From assembly GCA_965209055.1 (NCBI GenBank), contig OZ242374.1, positions 1,280,001 through 1,344,000 on the forward strand: DNA of 64,000 nucleotides. Reading direction: 5' to 3'. The position numbers were made by a program, and so were the translations under genes. This DNA comes from Acidobacteriota bacterium (GTDB lineage: Bacteria > Acidobacteriota > UBA6911 > RPQK01 > JAJDTT01). The notes below the pieces were generated by a model that did no database searches, was not told where the DNA came from, and saw nothing but the letters and a program-made list of their open reading frames with translations. This document shows positions 22,955 to 33,664 of the stretch, piece after piece (position 1 is the stretch's first letter; every line of letters begins with the position of its first letter).

Positions 22955-23115
22955 GGAGGCGGTTTCCGATCGCCCGGTTCCCCTCGTTCGCCGACGCCCG
23001 AAGAATCGGCGGTTGGGAAACCGCCGCTCCGGTGTTCGGAAGGGCGATTTCCAGTCGGCCGGTTCCCCTCGTTCGCCGATGCCCAAAGAATCGGCGGCTA
23101 GGAAACCGCCACTCC
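22955..23115. repeat. Tandem pair of REP-doublet (REPIN/BIME-like) palindromic units
   Basis: Unit 1 at 22955-23030 and unit 2 at about 23038-23115 share CCGGTTCCCCTCGTTCGCCGA(C/T)GCCC(G/A)AAGAATCGGCGG; each is bounded by inverted GGCG(G/A)TTTCC / GGAAACCGCC arms. Confidence 0.85.
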
Positions 23116-23883
23116 AAGGTCGGCGACGACCGGGCAATGGTCCGAGGCGGTCATGCCCTCTTTCTTCTTCCGGTAGTCGCGGTCGATCTCAACCCGTCGC
23201 AGCCGTTTGGCCAGCGCCGGGGTCGACAGAAGGAAATCGATTCGGAGTCCCCGGTTCCGGTGGAAGGCTCCGTACCGGTAATCCCACCAGGAGAATTTCC
23301 GTTCCTGCGGGAAGCGCTCCCGGTAAAGATCCACCAGTCCCCAATCCAGCAATCGCCGGAACCGGGTTCTTTCCTCGTCGGTGTGGAAGATCTTCCCTCC
23401 GAGCTCCTCTTCGTTCCAGGTGTCCAGCGGAGTGGGACAGATGTTGAAGTCGCCGCACAGGACCAGGGACTCGGAAGCCTGGTGCCGCTCCTCCAGGTAG
23501 GACAGGAGCGCATCGAACCAGAAGAGTTTTCTGGGGAAGTCGTCGTGGCTCACGTGCTTTCCGTTGGGACAGTAGACGGTGATGAAGGTCACGCCGGCCA
23601 CGCGGGCGCTCACCAGGCGGGTGCCCAGGTGCTCCTGCCCCGGCAACCCCGACTGAAGAATGGCGGCTGGTTCCCGGCTCAGGATGGACACGCCGTTCCA
23701 GGCCTTGGCCGCATGGACCGCCGCCTGGTAGCCCCGCGCCCGGAACTCGGCATGAGGGAAGAGGTCCTCGTGCATCTTCAACTCCTGCAGTCCCACAAGG
23801 TCGGGACGGCGGGAATCGAGCCAGTGAAAAACGTAGTCGAGACGGGCCCGAAGCCCGTTGATGTTCCAGGTGGCGATCCTCAT
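23098..23883 (-). CDS. xth: Exodeoxyribonuclease III
   Basis: MRIATWNINGLRAR, LQELK, YCPNG, GDFNI, FSWWDYR, GLRIDF, SDHCPV. Confidence 0.96.
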   Translation of the reverse strand: MRIATWNINGLRARLDYVFHWLDSRRPDLVGLQELKMHEDLFPHAEFRARGYQAAVHAAKAWNGVSILSREPAAILQSGLPGQEHLGTRLVSARVAGVTFITVYCPNGKHVSHDDFPRKLFWFDALLSYLEERHQASESLVLCGDFNICPTPLDTWNEEELGGKIFHTDEERTRFRRLLDWGLVDLYRERFPQERKFSWWDYRYGAFHRNRGLRIDFLLSTPALAKRLRRVEIDRDYRKKKEGMTASDHCPVVADLGVAVS

Positions 23884-23952
23884 GCCTGCAGCCCGGCGGC
23901 CAGTGTATACGGCAACCGGTGGGAATGCCGAACCCGGAGTCAAGAATGGAGG

Positions 23953-25011
23953 TCAGGATTTGCTGCCGGCGCTCCGGTCCGGAAGGTGGATCACGGTCCC
24001 GGTTCGTGACGCCTCCAACATGGCGGTGACGGCCTCCACGCCGGCGCGCCCGTCCCGACCCGATCCGATCCGGCTGGACCTGCCTTCGATGGCGTCGCCA
24101 AAGGCCCGGAGTTGGCGCTCATACGCGCTGAGGCGCGCCGGGCTGAGGGGCACGTCGGCGGCAATGAACCGGGCCGCGGGCTGGGTGGAGACGGTGTGCC
24201 AGGTTCCGCCGGCCGCCAGTTTCAGGTCCCCGAAGGGATCCAGGTCCATCAGTCCCTCCGAGCCCATGATCCTGAGACGAAAGGATTCGCCGGGAAATCC
24301 CGGGTCCGGCATCAGATTGGTGGAGTAGAGGCTGAGCAGGGCGCCGTTGTGGAAACTCAGCAGCGCCAGCGTCGTGTTCTCCACCGGGGCCCGGGTCGGA
24401 AAACCGCGGGAAAGGGCGCTCACGGCGGCGACTTCCGTCCCCATGCACCAGCGGAGCAGGTCGATGCCGTGCGGCGCCGAGTTCAGCACGTGGCCCAGGC
24501 TGGCAGGATCGTCCCACCATTCCCATCCTCCGCCGTCCCGGAGAGAGGCCTCGGTCGACATGGTGGCCTGGACGGTCAGGATCCGGCCGATGGCCCCCTC
24601 CCGAATCAGCCTCCGGGCCTCCACGTTGTTCCTGCGAAACCGTTGATGGTAGCCCACGGCCAGGGTCACGGAACGCCGTCGCGCCGCAGCGATCATGCGG
24701 TCGCAGTCGGACACGGTGGTGGCCAGGGGTTTCTCCACCAGCACGTGCTTTCCCGCGGAGATGCAGGCCATGGCGTCATGGACGTGGACATGGTGGGGAG
24801 TCGTGACAATGACGGCGTCCACGTCGGCACGCCGAACCAGGCGTTGTACATCGGGCTCCAGATCGGCTCCGAACCGTTCGGCCAGACCTTGCGCACGGCC
24901 GCCGCTGGTCACCGCAACCAGCCTGAACCCGGGCACGGCGCTCACCGCCTCGGCGTGAGTCCGTCCCATGAATCCCGAGCCGGTGATTCCAATTCCGAGA
25001 TCACGCCTCAT
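23953..25011 (-). CDS. Gfo/Idh/MocA family oxidoreductase
   Basis: GSGFMG Rossmann motif, TPHHVH, GKHVLVEKPLA, HGIDLL. Confidence 0.92.
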   Translation of the reverse strand: MRRDLGIGITGSGFMGRTHAEAVSAVPGFRLVAVTSGGRAQGLAERFGADLEPDVQRLVRRADVDAVIVTTPHHVHVHDAMACISAGKHVLVEKPLATTVSDCDRMIAAARRRSVTLAVGYHQRFRRNNVEARRLIREGAIGRILTVQATMSTEASLRDGGGWEWWDDPASLGHVLNSAPHGIDLLRWCMGTEVAAVSALSRGFPTRAPVENTTLALLSFHNGALLSLYSTNLMPDPGFPGESFRLRIMGSEGLMDLDPFGDLKLAAGGTWHTVSTQPAARFIAADVPLSPARLSAYERQLRAFGDAIEGRSSRIGSGRDGRAGVEAVTAMLEASRTGTVIHLPDRSAGSKS

Positions 25012-25020
25012 CGACGCCTG

Positions 25021-25077
25021 AGTCTACCAACCTGCGGCATTTTCGGGAGCAACGGAACCCACTGCTTTTGGTATACT
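25021..25077. promoter_or_regulatory. Back-to-back extended -10 promoters (putative)
   Basis: Minus strand TG-G-TAGACT (25029-25021), 9 nt before the Gfo ATG; plus strand TG-G-TATACT (25069-25077), 14 nt before ATG 25092. Confidence 0.5.
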
Positions 25078-25091
25078 TTCCGCCAACTGTC

Positions 25092-27890
25092 ATGCGTGCA
25101 TTTCTGTTGCTTCTTCTTGGTGTCACGGTTTCCACATCTCCTCTGCCGGGTCAGGATGCGGCGGCGGAGTACTTCGAGAAGCGGGTCCGTCCGGTTCTGG
25201 CTAACAAGTGCCAAGCCTGCCACAACTCCGGACTCAAGACCGGCGGACTGGATCTGTCCAGCGCCGAGGGATTCGCGAAGGGCGGCCAGAACGGCCCCGT
25301 GGTTTCCAGCGAGGCGCCGTCCGAAAGCCGGATCCTGGAAGTCATCCGGTACCAGGAGCGAATCAAGATGCCTCCCGGCGGGATGCTGCCCCAGGACGAG
25401 ATCGCCGCCCTGGCGGACTGGGTCAGGACCGGGGCTCACTGGCCGGGAGCCCCCGTTGCGGACAGTCCGCCGGTTGGAGCCGAAGGGGGCGGCCAATTCA
25501 CGGCGGCCGAGCGGAACTTCTGGGCTTTTCAGAGGATCGAGGATCCAAAACCTCCCCAGGTGAAGGATGTGGACTGGGTCCGGTCCCCGCTGGATCGTTT
25601 CGTGCTGGCCCGGCTGGAGGCGGCGAACCTGCGCCCCGCCGCCCCCGCTTCCCGGCTTGCATTGTTGCGCAGAGCCAGCTACGACCTCACGGGGCTGCCT
25701 CCCAATGAGAAACAAATCGCCGATTTTCTGAGTGACGAATCGCCCCGCGCTTTCGAGAAGATGGTGGACCGGATGCTGGCTTCTCCCCGGTACGGCGAGC
25801 GCTGGGGGCGCCATTGGCTCGACGTGGCCCGGTACGCCGACTCCACCGGCAACGACGAGGATCACCGCTACCCCTACGCGTGGCGTTACCGCGACTACGT
25901 GGTTCAGGCGTTCAACGACGACCTGCCCTACGACGAGTTCATCACGGAGCAGTTGGCCGGCGACCTGCTCCACTCCGGCGCGCCCGTCGAGAAGCGGCGC
26001 CGCGGAATCGTCGCCACCGGATTCCTGGCCCTGGGCCCCAAGGCGCTGGCGCAGCAGGACAAGCAGCGGATGCTCTACGACGTCTGGGACGAGCAGTTGG
26101 ACGTGGTCTCCAAGGGTTTCCTGGGGCTCACCGTGACCTGCGCCCGCTGCCACGACCACAAGTTCGATCCCATTCCCACCAAGGACTACTACTCCCTGCT
26201 CGGCATGTTCGCCAGCACCCGCAGCTTTACGGCCATGGGAAGGACCGTTTCCAAGCTCCTGTTCACACCGCTGGTCCCTGCGCACGAGTACCAGGCGTAC
26301 AAAGACCACAAGGAGTCGATCGGCAACAAGAAGTTCGAGATCGAAGACGTCGTGGACCGGGAACTGCAAGCCTACGTGTCCAAGCTGAGTCCCCGCCTGG
26401 CCGACTACATGCTGGTTGCCGGCAATGCCGGCGGAGACGAGCAGCCCGAAGCGCTGGCGGCGGACCACGATTTGCAGGCTCCCATATTGCGGAAGTGGAT
26501 CGATTACCTCCGGCCGCGCGAGGTCCGCAGACCCCACATGGACGAGTGGCGTCAGGCTTCCGATGCGAACCGGCCGCAGACGGCGGCCGCTTACCAGAAA
26601 CGGTTCCACGAGCGCCTGGAGGAATGGAACGAAACCCTCCGGAAGTGGCGGGAGCGGGTCCGCCGCATGCTCAAGGAAATGAACATGCCTCCGCCGCCGA
26701 GGCCCAAATTCGAGCCGGGGGAGGACCGCTTTTTCCACGAAGTCTACTTCGCCGGCGAAGGACCGTTCTTCCTGGGGGAGAAGGCCCAGGAAAAGGTCTT
26801 TTCCCAAGAATCCAACCGGCGTCTGGAACTCTACCGACAGGAACTGAAGCACTTGGAAGAGACCTTGCCTTCCGAGCCGGCCATGGCCTGCGCCGTGGAG
26901 GACGGAGATCCGGTCCGGCAACGGGTCTTCGTCCGGGGGGACTACAACAACCTGGGCGAGGAAGCGCCCAAGCGCTTCCCCCAGATTCTGGCGGGGGTGG
27001 ACCAGGATCCGATTTCCAAGGGCAGCGGCCGCATGGAGCTGGCCCGCTGGTTGACCGGTCCGGACCATCCACTGACGGCCCGGGTGATGGTCAATCGCAT
27101 CTGGCAATGGCACTTCGGACAGGGACTGGTGCGAACACCCAATAACTTCGGGAAATTGGGCACTCCTCCGACCCATCCTCAACTGCTGGACTACCTGGCT
27201 CGCCGCTTCGTGCACGAGGGTTGGTCCATCAAGAAGATGCACCGTCTGATCATGACTTCGGCCACCTACCGAATGGGTAGCGGGACCACCCCGGAGAAGA
27301 ATTTGCGGGACCCGCAGAACCAGCTTCTGTCCCGCTTCGAACGGCGCCGCCTCGAGGTCGAGGAGATCCGGGACGGACTGCTGTCCATGGACGGTTCCCT
27401 GGACCTGACCATGGGCGGAACCCTCCAGTCCGGGTTCGGCACCGACACCGAGAACAGCAACGACCGCCTGAGTTTGAATCCGGAGACGGTCCGCAGGAGG
27501 ATGGTCTATCTCCCCCTCCGGCGCGCCAATCTCCCGACGCTCCTGAACCTGTTCGACTTCGGCGACGCTACCACCAGCATGGGCAAACGGGCGCACACCA
27601 ACGTCGCCCCCCAGGCCCTGTTCATGATGAACAGCGAGTTCGTGGCCGACCGGGCCCGGAATCTGGCGGCCCGGCTGGAAAAGGAGGACGCCGGTCCGGC
27701 CGAGCGGATCGACCGGGCCTACCTCATCACCCTGAACCGGATACCGGAGGTGGAAGAGCGGCAAGCTGCGCTGGCCTACCTTGGTGACTTCACGGGGAAA
27801 TTCGAAGGGGCGAAGGCGCCCGGTCTGGATGCCTGGGGCAGCTTCTGCCGGATTTTGATGGCGTCCAACGACTTCATGTATGTTGACTAG
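25092..27890 (+). CDS. PSD1 / planctomycete cytochrome c domain protein (PSCyt1-DUF1549-DUF1553)
   Basis: Signal peptide; FEKRVRPVLANKCQACH; YGERWGRHWLDVARYADS; TCARCHDHKFDP; HPLTARVMVNRIWQWHFG; PQALFMMN. Confidence 0.93.
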   Translation: MRAFLLLLLGVTVSTSPLPGQDAAAEYFEKRVRPVLANKCQACHNSGLKTGGLDLSSAEGFAKGGQNGPVVSSEAPSESRILEVIRYQERIKMPPGGMLPQDEIAALADWVRTGAHWPGAPVADSPPVGAEGGGQFTAAERNFWAFQRIEDPKPPQVKDVDWVRSPLDRFVLARLEAANLRPAAPASRLALLRRASYDLTGLPPNEKQIADFLSDESPRAFEKMVDRMLASPRYGERWGRHWLDVARYADSTGNDEDHRYPYAWRYRDYVVQAFNDDLPYDEFITEQLAGDLLHSGAPVEKRRRGIVATGFLALGPKALAQQDKQRMLYDVWDEQLDVVSKGFLGLTVTCARCHDHKFDPIPTKDYYSLLGMFASTRSFTAMGRTVSKLLFTPLVPAHEYQAYKDHKESIGNKKFEIEDVVDRELQAYVSKLSPRLADYMLVAGNAGGDEQPEALAADHDLQAPILRKWIDYLRPREVRRPHMDEWRQASDANRPQTAAAYQKRFHERLEEWNETLRKWRERVRRMLKEMNMPPPPRPKFEPGEDRFFHEVYFAGEGPFFLGEKAQEKVFSQESNRRLELYRQELKHLEETLPSEPAMACAVEDGDPVRQRVFVRGDYNNLGEEAPKRFPQILAGVDQDPISKGSGRMELARWLTGPDHPLTARVMVNRIWQWHFGQGLVRTPNNFGKLGTPPTHPQLLDYLARRFVHEGWSIKKMHRLIMTSATYRMGSGTTPEKNLRDPQNQLLSRFERRRLEVEEIRDGLLSMDGSLDLTMGGTLQSGFGTDTENSNDRLSLNPETVRRRMVYLPLRRANLPTLLNLFDFGDATTSMGKRAHTNVAPQALFMMNSEFVADRARNLAARLEKEDAGPAERIDRAYLITLNRIPEVEERQAALAYLGDFTGKFEGAKAPGLDAWGSFCRILMASNDFMYVD

Positions 27891-28001
27891 ATCAGAATTC
27901 GGCGGCAAGATCGGGACAGACCCGCTCGACGCGACACAAGTCCCGGATCCGGAACCGGGATCGGGCTTGCTACGGGATTGAACCATACTCGAGGTGATCT
28001 C

Positions 28002-29450
28002 ATGATCGAGAATCCATGGAAGAATTTGCAGCGGCCCCCGCTGTTGACGCGGCGCTCCATGCTGAGAGACACGGCCTGCGGCTTCGGAGTTCTGGGACTG
28101 GCGGGACTCCTGTCCGAGGCGGACCGGCTCGCCGCCGCATCCGCAGAGGCCAACCCGCTGGCCGTTAGGAAGCCGCATTTCGAGCCGCGGGCCAAACAGG
28201 TCATCTTCCTGTTCATGCACGGCGGACCCTCCAGCGTCGACATCCTGGATCCCAAGCCCCGGCTCTACCGGGATCACGGGAAGCCGCTCCCCATCAAGCG
28301 TCCCCTGGCCTTCGACGAGGATCCTCCGGGACCGCTGATGAAACCGCTCTGGGACTTCAAACGAACCGGCCAGAGCGGCATTCCCATGAGCGACCTCTTT
28401 CCCCACGTCCGGACCTGCGTGGACGACCTCTGCGTGATCCGGTCCATGGTGGGCGAAGGCGTGGACCACGGAGCCGCGCTGCTGCAGACCTTCACCGGCA
28501 CCAGCACCTTCACCCGCCCGTCCCTCGGATCCTGGGCCCTGTACGGCCTGGGCACGGAGAACCAGAACCTGCCGGGCTACATCACCATCAAGCCGGCTTT
28601 GGCCCACGGCGGCGCCAAGAACTGGAGCTCGGCCTTCCTGCCCGGGGCCTACCAGGGCACCGCCATCGGCCATTCGGGGCTCAAGGTCAAGGACTTTCGG
28701 GGAGAACCCATCGAGTACCTGGTTCACCGCGGCTTCACGCCGGAGCAGCAGCGCTACGAACTGGACATGCTCCAGAACATCAATCGGCGCCACGCTCAAC
28801 TTCGAAAGCACGATGCCGAGCTGGAGGCCCGCATCCAGGCCTTCGAACTGGCGTTTCGAATGCAGATGAGAGCGCCCGAGGCCTTCGAAGTCGAGAAGGA
28901 ATCGGCGGCCACCCGGAAGCTCTACGGCCTCGACCGGGAGGATACCCACGAGTTCGGCTGGCAGTGCCTGCTGGCGCGGCGCCTGGCCGAGCGGGGCGTG
29001 CGCTTCATCCAGTGCACCCACAGCTACAAGTGGGATCAGCATTCCCAACTCTACGAGAAGCACACCGAGAACGCCCGGGAAGTGGACCTGCCCATCGCCG
29101 GTTTGCTCAAGGACCTGAAGTCCAGGGGCATGCTGGAGGAGACGCTGGTGATCTGGGCCGGAGAGTTCGGACGCACCCCGGTCTCCCAGGGAGGAGACGG
29201 CCGCGACCACAACCCCTACGGCTATTCCATCTGGATGGCCGGCGGCGGAGTCAAGCCCGGATTCGTCTATGGCGCCACCGACGACATCGGCTACCACGCG
29301 GTGGAGGACCGGATGCACATCCATGATTTCCACGCCACCGTACTTCACCTGCTGGGGCTGGACCACGAGAAGCTGACCTTTCACTACACCGGACGCGACT
29401 TCCGCCTGACCGACGTCGCCGGCGTGGTGGCCGAGAAGATCCTGGCGTAG
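28002..29450 (+). CDS. DUF1501 domain protein (Tat-like signal)
   Basis: TRRSML twin-arginine; AKQVIFLFMHGGPS; LARRLAERGVRF; GEFGRTP; GRDHNP; HDFHATVLHLLG. Confidence 0.93.
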   Translation: MIENPWKNLQRPPLLTRRSMLRDTACGFGVLGLAGLLSEADRLAAASAEANPLAVRKPHFEPRAKQVIFLFMHGGPSSVDILDPKPRLYRDHGKPLPIKRPLAFDEDPPGPLMKPLWDFKRTGQSGIPMSDLFPHVRTCVDDLCVIRSMVGEGVDHGAALLQTFTGTSTFTRPSLGSWALYGLGTENQNLPGYITIKPALAHGGAKNWSSAFLPGAYQGTAIGHSGLKVKDFRGEPIEYLVHRGFTPEQQRYELDMLQNINRRHAQLRKHDAELEARIQAFELAFRMQMRAPEAFEVEKESAATRKLYGLDREDTHEFGWQCLLARRLAERGVRFIQCTHSYKWDQHSQLYEKHTENAREVDLPIAGLLKDLKSRGMLEETLVIWAGEFGRTPVSQGGDGRDHNPYGYSIWMAGGGVKPGFVYGATDDIGYHAVEDRMHIHDFHATVLHLLGLDHEKLTFHYTGRDFRLTDVAGVVAEKILA

Positions 29451-29493
29451 CGGGATTTTCGCCCGGAGGGTTCTCCCTCAAGCGGAATTCGTC

Positions 29494-32058
29494 ATGATCA
29501 AGCGTGGACTGGCATTGGCTGTCATCGCGGCCGCCTGTGGCTTGGTTCACGCTTCCGAACCGGCCCCCCGGTTCGACTCCCAGGTCCGCCCCCTCCTGAA
29601 CCGGTATTGCCTTCAATGCCACGGCGAGAGCCTCCAGATGGGAGACCTGGATCTGCGGACCGTCTCCTCCATGGAAAAGGGAGGCAGCCAGGGTCCGGCT
29701 CTGGTGAAGGGGAATGCCGGCGGGAGTCTTCTCTACCAGCGGGTCGCGGACCACAGCATGCCTCAGGGGGAGGAGAAGCTGGAACCGGAGGAGGTCCGGC
29801 TGCTGGCCGATTGGATCAATGCCGGTGCTCCGTGGGATCCGCTTCCGGAGCAACCCGGTTTGGAACCGGCCGCGGCGCATCTGCCGTCCCATTGGTCATT
29901 CCGCCCGATCCGGAAACCTCCCGTCCCGTCCGTCAGGAATCGGCATTGGGTCCGGACGCCCGTCGACGCCTTCATCCTGAGCCGGTTGGAGGAGAAGGGC
30001 ATCCAACCCGCGGCCCTGGCGGACTCCAGAACCCTCATCCGGCGGCTGACCCTGGTCCTGACCGGCTTGCCGCCGTCTTTGGAGGAGTCGGACCGGCTGA
30101 CCCTGGGTCCGGGCGATCCCGCCTACACACGACTGGTGGACGAACTCCTGGGCGCCCCCCAATACGGTGAACGCTGGGCCCGGCACTGGCTCGACGTGGT
30201 GCGTTATGCCGAATCCAACGGCTACGAGCGAGACGGCACCAAACCGCACGCGTGGCGTTATCGCGACTACGTCATCGACGCCTTCAACCGGGACAAGCCC
30301 TACGATCGCTTCCTCACCGAGCAGTTGGCCGGAGACGAAATCGACGGCACCGACGCCGAAACTCAGATCGCCACGACCTTCTTGCGTCTCGGGACCTGGG
30401 ACGACGAACCGGCGGAGGAACGCCTGGACCGCTACGAACAACTGGACGACGTTCTGGGGACCGCCAGCAGCACCTTTCTCGGCCTGACCCTGCGTTGCGC
30501 CCGCTGCCATGACCACAAGTTCGAACCCTTCAGCCAGGAGGACTACTATCGCTCCCTCGCCTTTTTCGAACCGCTCAAGCGTCCCAAGAATCTCCTGAAA
30601 CCCCGCGCCGATCTGGACCGGATGGTGGGCACGCCGGAAGAACTGGAACGGTACCGGGTGGCCTCCATGAATCTGAGGATTCAGATGGAGGACCTGCAGG
30701 CGGAGAAGAAGAAACTGAGCCGGAAGATATTGAATCGGCTGCTCTCCGGCGGGGACTCCGACCGGGATCTGAGCTGGGCGCACCACGCCGAAACCGTCCT
30801 GGCATTCCGGACCCGGGAAGAGGTCCGGACCGACGAGCAGAAGTCCCTGGTCCGCAAGTTCGAGGAACGCATGGATCGGGAGATCCTGGCAGAAGCCACC
30901 ACCGAAGAGGCCGGAAACCTGAGTCGATGGGAGCGGGAGATGGCCCGGGCGAAGGCGGAGGCCCCCGCCGAACCTCCTCGGGCCTACGTCTGGTATGAAG
31001 ACACTCCTTACCCTGCCGCCACCCGGATTCTGCTGCGCGGCGACCCGGGGACGCCCGGGGAGGAGGTTCACCCCTTGGTTCCCACCATCCTGGGCCGTCC
31101 CGACCTCTTGTCCCGGCTCGGACCCGTCGAGCCGACCGTCGACACCAGCGGACGGCGGCGCTGGTTGGCCCGGTGGATGAGTCACCCCGAAAATCCCCTG
31201 GTGGCCCGGGTCATGGTGAACCGGATCTGGCAGTGGGTCTTCGGCGACGGCCTGGTGGCCACCGAGAACGATTTCGGCGTCGCGGGGGACACCCCCAGCC
31301 ACCCCCGGCTGCTGGACTGGCTGGCCTCCGAATTCATCGACTCCGGCTGGAGCGTGAAGCACCTGGTCCGGCTGCTGGTCGGCTCCTCCACCTTCGCCCA
31401 ATCGTCCGACTGGAACCCGCAGGCCGCCGGCGCGGATCACCAGAATCGCCTCCTCTGGCGATGGCAGCCCCGGCGCCTGGAAGCCGAGGCCGTCCGGGAC
31501 TCGATGCTGGCCGTCAGCGGCAGTCTGAATCACTTCATGCACGGTCCCAGCATGTATCCCCGAATTCCCGACTCGGTCCTGGCCGGACAGTCGATGCCGG
31601 GACTCAACTGGGGAGACCCCGATCCGGAGCAGAACCGCCGGCGGAGCATCTACATCTTCGTCAAGCGCTCCCTGGCCGTTCCCGAACTGGAATTGCTGGA
31701 TTCACCCGACACCACCTCCAGTTGCGAGCAGCGCCGGGTCTCCACCACCGGGCCCCAGGCCCTGACGTTTCTGAATGGAGACTTCGCCCATGAGCAGGCG
31801 CGGCGCCTGGCGCAAAGAGTGATGCGCACGGCCGGCGACGAACGGGACAACCAGGTCCGGGGCGCCTTCCGGATGGGACTGGCCAGGGGACCCAGCCCCG
31901 AGGAATTGGAAGCGGCGCTGGACTTTCTTCGGGTCCAGGAAGCGCAGATCCGACAGGACCTGACCGGGACTGAAACGACCCCGGCGATCAAGGCGCGGGC
32001 CCTTCAGTCCTTCTGTCTCACTCTGCTGAACACCAACGAGTTCTTCTACTTGAACTGA
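29494..32058 (+). CDS. PSD1 / planctomycete cytochrome c domain protein (second paralog)
   Basis: Signal peptide; VRPLLNRYCLQCH; YGERWARHWLDVVRYAES; RCARCHDHKFEP; NPLVARVMVNRIWQ; NTNEFFYLN. Confidence 0.93.
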   Translation: MIKRGLALAVIAAACGLVHASEPAPRFDSQVRPLLNRYCLQCHGESLQMGDLDLRTVSSMEKGGSQGPALVKGNAGGSLLYQRVADHSMPQGEEKLEPEEVRLLADWINAGAPWDPLPEQPGLEPAAAHLPSHWSFRPIRKPPVPSVRNRHWVRTPVDAFILSRLEEKGIQPAALADSRTLIRRLTLVLTGLPPSLEESDRLTLGPGDPAYTRLVDELLGAPQYGERWARHWLDVVRYAESNGYERDGTKPHAWRYRDYVIDAFNRDKPYDRFLTEQLAGDEIDGTDAETQIATTFLRLGTWDDEPAEERLDRYEQLDDVLGTASSTFLGLTLRCARCHDHKFEPFSQEDYYRSLAFFEPLKRPKNLLKPRADLDRMVGTPEELERYRVASMNLRIQMEDLQAEKKKLSRKILNRLLSGGDSDRDLSWAHHAETVLAFRTREEVRTDEQKSLVRKFEERMDREILAEATTEEAGNLSRWEREMARAKAEAPAEPPRAYVWYEDTPYPAATRILLRGDPGTPGEEVHPLVPTILGRPDLLSRLGPVEPTVDTSGRRRWLARWMSHPENPLVARVMVNRIWQWVFGDGLVATENDFGVAGDTPSHPRLLDWLASEFIDSGWSVKHLVRLLVGSSTFAQSSDWNPQAAGADHQNRLLWRWQPRRLEAEAVRDSMLAVSGSLNHFMHGPSMYPRIPDSVLAGQSMPGLNWGDPDPEQNRRRSIYIFVKRSLAVPELELLDSPDTTSSCEQRRVSTTGPQALTFLNGDFAHEQARRLAQRVMRTAGDERDNQVRGAFRMGLARGPSPEELEAALDFLRVQEAQIRQDLTGTETTPAIKARALQSFCLTLLNTNEFFYLN

Positions 32059-32158
32059 GATTCGCTGGGCAGAGTGCAGCGAGGCCGCGCGGCGGAGGCG
32101 AAATTGCAAGTGAACCGCCGAAGAACTACCCTGAGACATCGCCCTTTTCGCGAAGGCC

Positions 32159-33652
<1,494 letters not shown>

Positions 33653-33664
33653 CCGGCCTGACCG

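Noticed and set aside
22955-23115. Possible mini CRISPR array
   Set aside because: Only two units, the internal core is conserved rather than a unique spacer, and no cas genes are present; it fits REP doublets better.
25008-29384. 1458-aa ORF on the minus strand
   Set aside because: It is the antisense of well-supported PSD1 and DUF1501 genes and has no recognisable motifs. Long shadow ORFs are expected at high GC, and the same applies to the other long antisense ORFs (e.g. 1489-3081, 12325-13935, 39114-41012, 55836-57947).
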